Assembly (NCBI GenBank): GCA_019057635.1
Contig: DXJL01000174.1
Span: 1-49,755 of the forward strand
Direction: 5' to 3'
Source: Candidatus Heimdallarchaeota archaeon
Lineage (GTDB): Archaea; Asgardarchaeota; Heimdallarchaeia; Hodarchaeales; Hodarchaeaceae
DNA: 49,755 bases
This document shows, piece after piece, positions 40,762-48,881 of this stretch. Within the stretch, counting starts at the first letter, position 1. Each line of letters begins with the position of its first letter. Below the pieces are notes generated by a model, which worked only from the letters and a program-made list of their open reading frames with translations, ran no database searches and was not told where the DNA came from. The position numbers and the translations under genes were made by a program.

Positions 40762-40861
40762 AATCACCAAAATGATGAATACTGACCTATACTGATGATG
40801 GGTTCATAATCGGACACCACTTGAACCTATTTATGATGTCCATGTACCTCACTGAGGAGAT
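40762..40861 (+). ncRNA. Box C/D guide RNA with two SSU rRNA guides (both strands of helix 34)
   Basis: C ATGATGA 40772-78, guide ATACTGACCTATA, D' CTGA 40792-95, 9-bp internal hairpin, C' ATGATGT 40833-39, guide CCATGTACCTCA, D CTGA 40852-55; imperfect terminal stem ATCACC/GGAGAT. Confidence 0.88.
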
Positions 40862-40933
40862 ATTCTCCTACAAATCATTGAAGGATATCTCTTAAGTTCC
40901 TGTAGAGCTCGATTCCTACAATATATTCACGAA

Positions 40934-41311
40934 ATGGATTTGGAGAAGATTATAACGCTCGAATTAAAACAAGTGCTGATTCTAAGAAAAGATCTAAAAA
41001 TGTCAAAAGGAAAGGCAGCAGCTCAAGCATCTCACGCGGCTGTAAGTGCTGCGATCAAAATGATGAGACAGAACCCCACACTATTCAATAAATGGTGGAA
41101 TGGAGGCCAAATGAAAGTAGTTCTTGCAGTTGAATCTGAAACGCAACTAGAAGAGATTGAATCAAGAATAAGAAGAAGTGGTGTATTCGTCGCCAAAATC
41201 AACGATGCAGGAAGAACCCAGCTTCCTCCAGGGACGACAACAGCGCTTGGAATTGGCCCTCATAATCAATTGGCGATAGAGAAAATTACTTCTACCCTAA
41301 AACTATATTGA
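40934..41311 (+). CDS. pth2: Peptidyl-tRNA hydrolase Pth2
   Basis: RKDLKMSKGKAAAQASHA, DAGRTQ, LGIGP. Confidence 0.96.
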   Translation: MDLEKIITLELKQVLILRKDLKMSKGKAAAQASHAAVSAAIKMMRQNPTLFNKWWNGGQMKVVLAVESETQLEEIESRIRRSGVFVAKINDAGRTQLPPGTTTALGIGPHNQLAIEKITSTLKLY

Positions 41312-41339
41312 ATCAAGATACTTTTTGATGCTCTAGAAG

Positions 41340-42455
41340 GTGTTCTTCTCAATGCGAATAATAAAATCTGACTTGCGTACAAATCAAGTAATTATTCGAG
41401 CTGAGTCTCCAACTGACTTATACATTTTGTCAACGATAATTGTCAATGGAGACAAAGTAATCGCTAAAACTTCTCGTCGTATCCGACGAACGGGAAGCGA
41501 AGGTAGATCGGGAGATGAAAGTCAACGCATTACAATGATTATTGGTATTGAAGTAGAAGGACAAAATTTTCAAGAAAGTGTCGCAAGTAATAGGTTACGA
41601 ATCAAAGGAACAATATTCAAAGGACCTGAACAGCATGTATCTATTGGTTCTTATCATACAATTAATGTTGGACTGTCAGATACAATAACTGTTTTTAAAG
41701 CTGAATGGTCTCGGTATTATCTGAAAATCTTAGAAGATGCAGAAAAAGCATCAAAAAAGCCGAAAATAGGGGTGCTAGCAGTGGATAACAATGATGTCTG
41801 CATCGGTATATTGGATAATTATCAACTTAATGTTTTATTTCAAGAAAGATCGGGGGTTAGTCGAAAACATTCAAAAGCAAAAGTGAGGAAGGAGCAATCA
41901 AATAGTTTTTTTGAAACAATAACGCAACTCATACAACGCAGTATCTTGCCCGAAACAAAGAATATACTCATAGGAGGACCAGGATTCGTTAAAGAGCGGT
42001 TATCTGATCATCTTAGGAATACCATGCCTAAGGAAAATCTCAACATTGTGATTGGGAGTTCATTAAGCGGAGGAAATCGCATTGGTTTATTCGAGCTCAT
42101 GAAATCAGAAGCTCTTGACAAATTAGCTAAAGATTTTCAAATACTCGAGGAGCGACGAGACATCGATGAGTTTCTAGGAAGAATAAGCAAGGGAACAGGA
42201 GATGTCGCATATGGTTATACTCATATTAATCAAATTGCAGAGACGGGAGTTATTGAAACAATCTTGATGATGGATTCTTATCTTCATGGAACTAATCAGG
42301 CTTCAGTCACAGATATACAAGAATTACTAACAATGATAGAGCAGATGAAGGGAAAAATAGTAATAATTTCCTCACAAAGTGAGGCCGCATCCCAACTAAA
42401 GACATTTGGGGGAATTATTGCCCTCCTCCGTTATGCCCTCCGTTGGGAATCTTAG
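41340..42455 (+). CDS. pelA: Pelota/Dom34 ribosome rescue factor
   Basis: RLRIKGTI, GSYHT, GPGFVKE, GGIIALLRY. Confidence 0.93.
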   Translation: MFFSMRIIKSDLRTNQVIIRAESPTDLYILSTIIVNGDKVIAKTSRRIRRTGSEGRSGDESQRITMIIGIEVEGQNFQESVASNRLRIKGTIFKGPEQHVSIGSYHTINVGLSDTITVFKAEWSRYYLKILEDAEKASKKPKIGVLAVDNNDVCIGILDNYQLNVLFQERSGVSRKHSKAKVRKEQSNSFFETITQLIQRSILPETKNILIGGPGFVKERLSDHLRNTMPKENLNIVIGSSLSGGNRIGLFELMKSEALDKLAKDFQILEERRDIDEFLGRISKGTGDVAYGYTHINQIAETGVIETILMMDSYLHGTNQASVTDIQELLTMIEQMKGKIVIISSQSEAASQLKTFGGIIALLRYALRWES

Positions 42456-42590
42456 TAAGAATCACAAGTTTCATTGATCACACCTAAAAAATCAAATATT
42501 CATTCCTATGAGCACGCTATTAGTAGCTACTACTGACACTATGAGAGAATGTAAGATTTTACCTAATATAAATCACCATCAGGGACTTCT

Positions 42591-43799
42591 ATGGACTCAT
42601 TAACATTTATCATCTTAATCGGATTTGTTTGGATCGTATTAACGGGAATTTCGAGAATTTCATGGTTCAATGTGACCAATCCAGAAATTGGTCTAGGCTT
42701 TGCTTACTATCGTACAACTAGATTAAATGCTATGATTTCGAAAATAGGCGAGCGTGGGAAAATATTTTGGAAGGTTCTCTGGGATATAGGTATAATAGCT
42801 GGTTTAGGCATCCTATTCACAGGACTTATTGTATTTTCTATTAATATCATCACATTTTTCCTCCCTAAATCGAGTAATGTTACTCCAATAGCCATCACTC
42901 CTGTAATCCCAGGGATTACAGTCTCATTTGCGTCATTACCGTACTTCATTGTAGCAATCATGATCGGGGCAATGGTTCATGAGTTTGCTCATGGGATTGC
43001 TGCAATAAATGAAAAAGTGTCCTTGAAAAGTACAGGAATCTTCGTCTTTCTCCTATTTTTTGGAGCATTTGTCGAACCCGAGGAAGAGACGATTTTAAAA
43101 GCCTCAAGTCGCTCAAAGATGCGAATAATGGCGGCAGGGGGATTAGCAAACATGATATTTGCCGTTTTTTTTCTCCTCGTCCTTTTACTCCCAATGGGAA
43201 TTCCGTTCTTAATATCTCCTCTCTATGAAACTGAATCCACTGGAGCTCTTATTGTCAATACGGTACCAGGTACACCTGCGAGACAAGAAGGAATACGTAC
43301 TGGTTTCGTAATAATTGGGATAGAGAGTGAAAAAGGATATTTTTCCATATTTTCAGGTTCAGATTTTGTAACTTTTGTACAGGCAGAGGTTTTCATCAAC
43401 CAAAGTTTAATATTCCATTTTAACGGCGATAGAGATCCTATAACTTTGATAACTATGAATAAAGCAAAAATAACAAATAAAACAATAGATAATAGCACAG
43501 GTTTTATTGGAATAGCTACTTGGAATTATAATGAACCAAAATTCTTATCCGATATTGTATTCATTCGATTAATCCCGTATTGGTTATTTTATACAGTCCT
43601 GTACACTTTTATGGTGAATTTGATGCTAGCTCTGATGAATCTATTACCTGTTCCCTTCTTAGATGGGGACAAATTACTTGCAGCGTTCCTAGGGGAGAAA
43701 AATCAAGCTCTTCATAAGTGGATTAAGTATTTCGCACTTATTGTGTTATTCCTCAATTTCGCCCTTTCGTTCTTATTTGTGGGATGGCAGCAGATTTAA
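42591..43799 (+). CDS. Site-2 protease (M50) with PDZ-like insert
   Basis: HEFAH, GAFVEP, AAGGLAN, NLLPVPFLDG. Confidence 0.93.
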   Translation: MDSLTFIILIGFVWIVLTGISRISWFNVTNPEIGLGFAYYRTTRLNAMISKIGERGKIFWKVLWDIGIIAGLGILFTGLIVFSINIITFFLPKSSNVTPIAITPVIPGITVSFASLPYFIVAIMIGAMVHEFAHGIAAINEKVSLKSTGIFVFLLFFGAFVEPEEETILKASSRSKMRIMAAGGLANMIFAVFFLLVLLLPMGIPFLISPLYETESTGALIVNTVPGTPARQEGIRTGFVIIGIESEKGYFSIFSGSDFVTFVQAEVFINQSLIFHFNGDRDPITLITMNKAKITNKTIDNSTGFIGIATWNYNEPKFLSDIVFIRLIPYWLFYTVLYTFMVNLMLALMNLLPVPFLDGDKLLAAFLGEKNQALHKWIKYFALIVLFLNFALSFLFVGWQQI

Positions 43800-43996
43800 G
43801 CCACAGGTGACTTAAAGTTCAAGAAATAGCTGGGAGAATGAGGGAGATTTTATTATGACTGCTTTTTGCCTTTAAGGAAATAGGAAAAGATACACAGAAG
43901 GACAAATTATAAGTTTCAGTACTTCAATCCGCAATTTTATAAACAGTAGAATCCAATAAGTAAACACAGAACGACAATTTAGAAGCTCGTAGGTAA

Positions 43997-44599
43997 GTGG
44001 AGAGTACTTTTTTGGCATTAGATGACGGATTATTTATCTTAGTAGATTGGAATTTTCTCCTCCTGATAATGGGAGGCTGTGTAGCTGCCTCATGGTTATT
44101 GATTCGATTATCTTCAGTATCTGACTCAGAAGAAATTGTTTCTTTAGCAGAGAAAGTAGCTATATTAGGATTCCCAGTTGGAGTTATCTCTCTCTTGATG
44201 ATCGGAGCTGCATTTTATCTTGATTCACAACCGGTCGGTCTACCAGCTTCTTTTGATTTGATAACCCTTATATGTTTCGGAGTATTGGGACTTGTCCTTA
44301 TTCTGAGACCGATAAAGAATTTTAGGTTCGGAACTTTTCTATCATTAGGATTAGGATTGCTTGGAGCCGCTATTCTAGTTTTTTTAGGAACAAATCAAAT
44401 CAAAATTATGGCAGGAGTCTTTATAATCATATTTTTAGTAATCTATGGATCAATAAAGATGGTTGAAGACTTATATTTGCTGATCGCAGAAATACTCTCA
44501 AATCCCATGATATCCGTGACAGTTGGAGTAATCTGTATCATTCAGGGATTATTACAAATTTTGGGTTTTTCATTAGCGAATTTTCTTTTCTTTATCTAA
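43997..44599 (+). CDS. Polytopic membrane protein of unknown function
   Basis: About 6 hydrophobic segments. Confidence 0.7.
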   Translation: MESTFLALDDGLFILVDWNFLLLIMGGCVAASWLLIRLSSVSDSEEIVSLAEKVAILGFPVGVISLLMIGAAFYLDSQPVGLPASFDLITLICFGVLGLVLILRPIKNFRFGTFLSLGLGLLGAAILVFLGTNQIKIMAGVFIIIFLVIYGSIKMVEDLYLLIAEILSNPMISVTVGVICIIQGLLQILGFSLANFLFFI

Positions 44600-44688
44600 G
44601 AACAATAGAATGCTGAAACCAGGTATATAATTGAGTGCTAATGAATGATGAAGATTCAAATAAAACCATTAAGTTTAATTGAAAGATT

Positions 44689-45192
44689 TTACTGAATTTC
44701 AATTCTCACTGGGTTTTTAGAGATTAATTTTGCAATTTGCTCTAGTTGTTTCAAAGGAAACCTTAAATCATCAGGATTTCCACTTAATGTGATTCTCAAC
44801 TCAACATCGCCTTCTGGTGGTACGAAGATCTGATCAATTTCTATAATATCCAGAGGGGCAAAGAATTGAGAAAAAGTGGTTCGTGTATCCCCTTTTCTTT
44901 CCACTATTTCAATAGGTTGTCTTAATTCACTTTCTAAATAATCAAGAATCTCCTGATTCTCGAGCAGTACATTTCCATTTCTAGTTAAGAGTACTACTGA
45001 GCCATTCATCTTATGTGCTCTTTCAAAAGTCACGTTTTGTAATTGTTTGGCATATCGGAGTTCAATTTTTGCAAATGCTTTCGATATCTCTATATCTAAC
45101 TGATTGATTTTCTTTTTACGGAGTTTTTGTTTACATTTCTTACATAGCACTCCAGTTTTCGCACAAAAATTGCATATGGGAGTATTAACCAC
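44689..45192 (-). CDS. NusA-like KH protein with N-terminal Zn finger
   Basis: PICNFCAKTGVLCKKC followed by a degenerate KH region. Confidence 0.75.
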   Translation of the reverse strand: MVNTPICNFCAKTGVLCKKCKQKLRKKKINQLDIEISKAFAKIELRYAKQLQNVTFERAHKMNGSVVLLTRNGNVLLENQEILDYLESELRQPIEIVERKGDTRTTFSQFFAPLDIIEIDQIFVPPEGDVELRITLSGNPDDLRFPLKQLEQIAKLISKNPVRIEIQ

Positions 45193-45301
45193 TTAATTTG
45201 CCTCTGTTAGTACATATATTATTCATCTTTGAATTTAGATAACTAATTCTCTTAATTATCTGTCGTTTAATAATTCACTTTTGCAGATTTGAGATTTTTT
45301 T

Positions 45302-46228
45302 TCATATAAGGTTATTTAATACTGCTGCGACTGTATGTAATCGGTTTTCTGCTTCGTCAAATACAACAGAATGACTGCCATACATGACATCATCAGTAAC
45401 CTCTTCTTTATGGCGTGGTAGACAATGCATAAAGATATAATCCTTTGCCGCACGGTCAATTAATTCCTCATTGACTTGAAAACCTTCAAATTTTTTCAGT
45501 TTCATTTTTGTCTCTGCTTCTTGCCCCATAGAAATGAAAGTATCAGTAACGACAACTTTTGCGTTTTCAACAGCAGCGATTGGATCATGCGTAACTACTA
45601 TTTGATCTGGAAAGGAGGCATTTGATTTACAATAATCGATTATACTTTTTTCTGGCTTATAATCGATGGGAGTTGCTATATCCATCTGCATGCCCATTTT
45701 AATTGAAGCTATCATCAAAGTATGACACACATTGTTGCCATCACCAACCCAGGCAATTTTAACATCTTTCAATGAACCTAAATGTTCCTCTATGGTAAGT
45801 ATATCCGCTAATCCCTGTAAGGGGTGGAACTGGTCAGATAAGGCATTGATTACAGGTACATTTGCGTGTTTTGCGAGACTTTCCACGGTATCATGTGCGT
45901 ATACACGAGCTAATACTGCCGAAACCATTCGTCCTAGAACTATTGCTGTATCGGATAATGACTCATTCACTCCTAATTGTATATCGTCTTTCCCAAGAAA
46001 AAGCGCATGCCCACCGAGTTCAGCCATAGCTGTCTCTGTTGATACTCGTGTTCTTGTAGATCTTTTCTGGAAAATCATACCAAGCGTCTTGCCTTTTAAT
46101 GGTTGACTTTGAATGAAATTTTGTCTATTTTGCTTGAAATCTTTTGCTTCATCTAATAAAAATCGAATTTCTTTCACATTTAGATCTAAAAGCGTTAATA
46201 ATGATCTACCTTTCATTTGAATTCCCAT
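45302..46228 (-). CDS. argF: Ornithine carbamoyltransferase
   Basis: STRTR, HPLQ, SMG, HCLP, EAENR. Confidence 0.96.
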   Translation of the reverse strand: MGIQMKGRSLLTLLDLNVKEIRFLLDEAKDFKQNRQNFIQSQPLKGKTLGMIFQKRSTRTRVSTETAMAELGGHALFLGKDDIQLGVNESLSDTAIVLGRMVSAVLARVYAHDTVESLAKHANVPVINALSDQFHPLQGLADILTIEEHLGSLKDVKIAWVGDGNNVCHTLMIASIKMGMQMDIATPIDYKPEKSIIDYCKSNASFPDQIVVTHDPIAAVENAKVVVTDTFISMGQEAETKMKLKKFEGFQVNEELIDRAAKDYIFMHCLPRHKEEVTDDVMYGSHSVVFDEAENRLHTVAAVLNNLI

Positions 46229-46260
46229 AATGCATTACATTCCTATTAAAATTTGATATC

Positions 46261-46545
46261 TCATCCACCGTGAATTACAGGGATGAAAGTAAGTTTATCA
46301 CCTTGCTGTAGCGGAGAATCCATACCTCTTAATACAGAAATATCTTGTTCATTGATAAAAACAATGACTGATCTTGTCGATTCATAGGAGTCTGTGAAAA
46401 ACTTGCTCAATTCCTTATATTTTGGTAGTGTGGAAAGTTCCTGAACAGCGGATTTTACAGATGTCCCTTCTTTGAAATTATGTGTTAGTTCCATTTGACC
46501 CAAATCGTACTGCAACGAACCAAGAAAAACTAAAAGGATTTTCAT
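46261..46545 (-). CDS. Ubiquitin-like sulfur carrier/modifier (SAMP/MoaD/Urm1-like)
   Basis: Beta-grasp pattern VFINEQD...GDKLTFIPVIHGG with C-terminal diglycine. Confidence 0.88.
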   Translation of the reverse strand: MKILLVFLGSLQYDLGQMELTHNFKEGTSVKSAVQELSTLPKYKELSKFFTDSYESTRSVIVFINEQDISVLRGMDSPLQQGDKLTFIPVIHGG

Positions 46546-46572
46546 TCTATTATCAGTCCGCCTATGTTTAGA

Positions 46573-46674
46573 TGCGCCGACCGGGATTTTCAGAACTTCT
46601 CGAGAGAGATTTTCATTTGAACCCGGGCTATCACCTTGGGAGGGTGAAGTCCTACCAGACTAGACTATCGGCGC
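46573..46674 (-). tRNA. tRNA-Gly(CCC) with 29-nt T-loop intron at 59/60 (46587-46615)
   Basis: GCGCCGA/TCGGCGC acceptor, TCACC-CTCCCAA-GGTGA; BHB with TTCA/TGAA helix and AAT/AAT bulges. Confidence 0.93.
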
Positions 46675-46738
46675 CTGAATCAGTATCTCAGGATACTACT
46701 AAAGTCCAATAAATAGCATTCTCTTAATTGTTTTTTAT

Positions 46739-47482
46739 TTATCGGAAGACGTCGTTTTCTGGTTCACGTATCAATTCACGGGCGGAATTATCATTGATTG
46801 AATAGACGACCCCTCTCACGATAATAACTGGTGTTCCTTCATCAGCTTGCCCCATAACCATTCCCGCAGCTGCAGCTACTTCATCAACTCTTGCTATAAT
46901 TGTAGATCTTAGTTCATAACCAAAAAGATCTTTCTTTCCACGAATATCTTCAATTGAGTTAATACCAGCTAGGCCAATGGCAAAATTAACTGTACCGACT
47001 CTCAAAGGACGCCCAAAAGTGTCAGAAATAATTACCGCAACATTCTTTTGTAATTTTTCTTGGATTTCATCTCTAATTTGACGGGCAGAAAAATCAGGAT
47101 CATCTGGAAGGGAAATAACAGTGTCTCCAGGGGTATTAGATTTATCTATTCCGCTATTCGCACAAATGAATCCATGATGGGTCGCAGTTATCAAGACTTT
47201 TTCATTCATTCTGATTATTTCACTGCTCTCACGTAAAATAACTTCAATTTTTCGCGGATCCTTTCCCTGCATCCTACCAATCTGAAGAGCAAAAGGACTG
47301 GGAGTAATCAGATTCAGATCATATACTTTATTCTCCGATTTTGAGACAATGGTATGCGCAATTACAATAATATCTCTATTCTGTAAATCTATCTTACGTA
47401 GCTCTTCTACAATTATCTCTACCAATGAATCACCAGGATTTATTAGTGGAAAATTTCTCAAAGGAAATATAGTTATCTTCAC
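46739..47482 (-). CDS. cofE: Coenzyme F420-0:L-glutamate ligase
   Basis: PLINPGD, VSKSE, ICANSGIDKSN, SDTFGRPLR, DLFG, GQADEGTP. Confidence 0.92.
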   Translation of the reverse strand: MKITIFPLRNFPLINPGDSLVEIIVEELRKIDLQNRDIIVIAHTIVSKSENKVYDLNLITPSPFALQIGRMQGKDPRKIEVILRESSEIIRMNEKVLITATHHGFICANSGIDKSNTPGDTVISLPDDPDFSARQIRDEIQEKLQKNVAVIISDTFGRPLRVGTVNFAIGLAGINSIEDIRGKKDLFGYELRSTIIARVDEVAAAAGMVMGQADEGTPVIIVRGVVYSINDNSARELIREPENDVFR

Positions 47483-47510
47483 TGGTGTTCAATTCCATTA
47501 AAAAGGAAAG

Positions 47511-47579
47511 TCAGCCTCAGACCGCTCATCGCTCTTCATATTGGTAATCTGTACCTTTTAACTAATCATCACTGGCTAA
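47511..47579 (-). ncRNA. Box C/D guide RNA; D guide complementary to the SSU rRNA decoding region (C1402 equivalent)
   Basis: 6-bp terminal stem TTAGCC/GGCTGA; C GTGATGA, D' CAGA, C' ATGAAGA, guide GCGATGAGCGGT, D CTGA. Confidence 0.85.
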
Positions 47580-47594
47580 ATTTATTCAGTCCTA

Positions 47595-48377
47595 TTATAC
47601 TCCAAATTCAGATGGACGAATTTTTACCTGCTCGGTCAGATCTTCTAAAAGTAATTTTACTTTTTCTGTTTGAGTCGTACTCCCCACTTTGACATATTTT
47701 TCATGAGCCTTAACTAAAAGATCTATTGCTTCTTTCATGTTTTCTCTTGCGCTAATGAGTGATTTAGCACGACTATATAACGCAAGAGCCTCATATCGAG
47801 TTACGTCTTCCCTACCCTTCTTGAATTCCTCAACAGCTCTTTCTAAAAAGTAAGCTTTGTCAAAATCTGATTCCATGGCTGCAGCGCGTTGTACAAAAGA
47901 ACGGGCGCGTGCCTTTGCTGCTTCCAATTCAAGTCCAGTCGTCGAATAAAGCGCACCCGCGGACTCAAATAAACGAGCAGATTCAATAAATTCACCATTT
48001 TTTGCCTTAAGTTTCGCTAATTCACCTTGAGTCTGAGCTTGAACCGTTCTTGCTTGTTTGGCCTCGTCTAAAAAACCCTCTGTCGAAAAAATTACGTTAG
48101 CTTTTCCAAAAGAGCGAATTGCTTCCAAAAAATTCGTTTCAATCATATCAGTGTACCCGTATGCACAGAGTCTGAACGCTTCGGCTCTTTTACTCAACTT
48201 TTTTTCATCCCCATCTTTGAAAAACTTTGTAGATTTCTTAAAATTCTCAACAGCCTCCTTATATCGTTGAGTTTCATAATAAGCCATGCCTTGATCGAAC
48301 TCTTTTTGACCTTTCTTAATTTTACTTCCCTTGAATAACACCATTAAGAGTAACTCCACAAATAAAGTAAAGCCCAT
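47595..48377 (-). CDS. TPR/alpha-solenoid protein, alpha-SNAP-like pattern (start possibly at MVLFKG)
   Basis: Repeated A..F..A...Y/F helical pairs (EAVENFKKS, SARLFESAGALY, AIDLLVKAHEKY). Confidence 0.65.
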   Translation of the reverse strand: MGFTLFVELLLMVLFKGSKIKKGQKEFDQGMAYYETQRYKEAVENFKKSTKFFKDGDEKKLSKRAEAFRLCAYGYTDMIETNFLEAIRSFGKANVIFSTEGFLDEAKQARTVQAQTQGELAKLKAKNGEFIESARLFESAGALYSTTGLELEAAKARARSFVQRAAAMESDFDKAYFLERAVEEFKKGREDVTRYEALALYSRAKSLISARENMKEAIDLLVKAHEKYVKVGSTTQTEKVKLLLEDLTEQVKIRPSEFGV

Positions 48378-48881
48378 AATAAGAGCTAATAATCACAGAA
48401 TAATTATTACTGAAGATTATTTCTCTTCAATAATCCCATCAAACATAATAATGATTAATTTTTCTAATAAAGCTTCGCAAAGAGAATTTGAAAATTCTTA
48501 GCAAAATTTTTCTTTTTGGATTTATATAATAGATTCTTGGAAAACTTAAAGAAATTTTGTAAAATGCCTATATGAAGAAGGAGGTATAATCATTTTCTTT
48601 TCATCAAGTAATCCCGAGGAAAAGTATCTCTGAAAGGAAAAACTACATACAATTTCACCCTTAAGCCATTTAAAGGCAAGAATAGATGTATAAAGCTGGT
48701 AACCTGCATTCCATTATTAATAAATTGATATAAAAACTCCTTAATAGAATAAGGCAACATTAATTAATACAGGATTATATAAAACGACTATACGGAGTGT
48801 ATCTTCACTAATGACTCAAATCTTAGGATAGCAGGCACTCCGACTTTTATCTGGATTTTAATCAACACTCTGGTTGGTGAA

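Noticed and set aside
42505-42570. ATGAGCA..CTGA..ATGAGA segment with the palindrome TAGTAGCTACTA
   Set aside because: Boxes are too degenerate and no target is recognisable
44645-44695. ATGATGA...CTGA as another C/D RNA
   Set aside because: No convincing D'/C' boxes or terminal stem, very AT-rich guides, and the CTGA overlaps the neighbouring gene end
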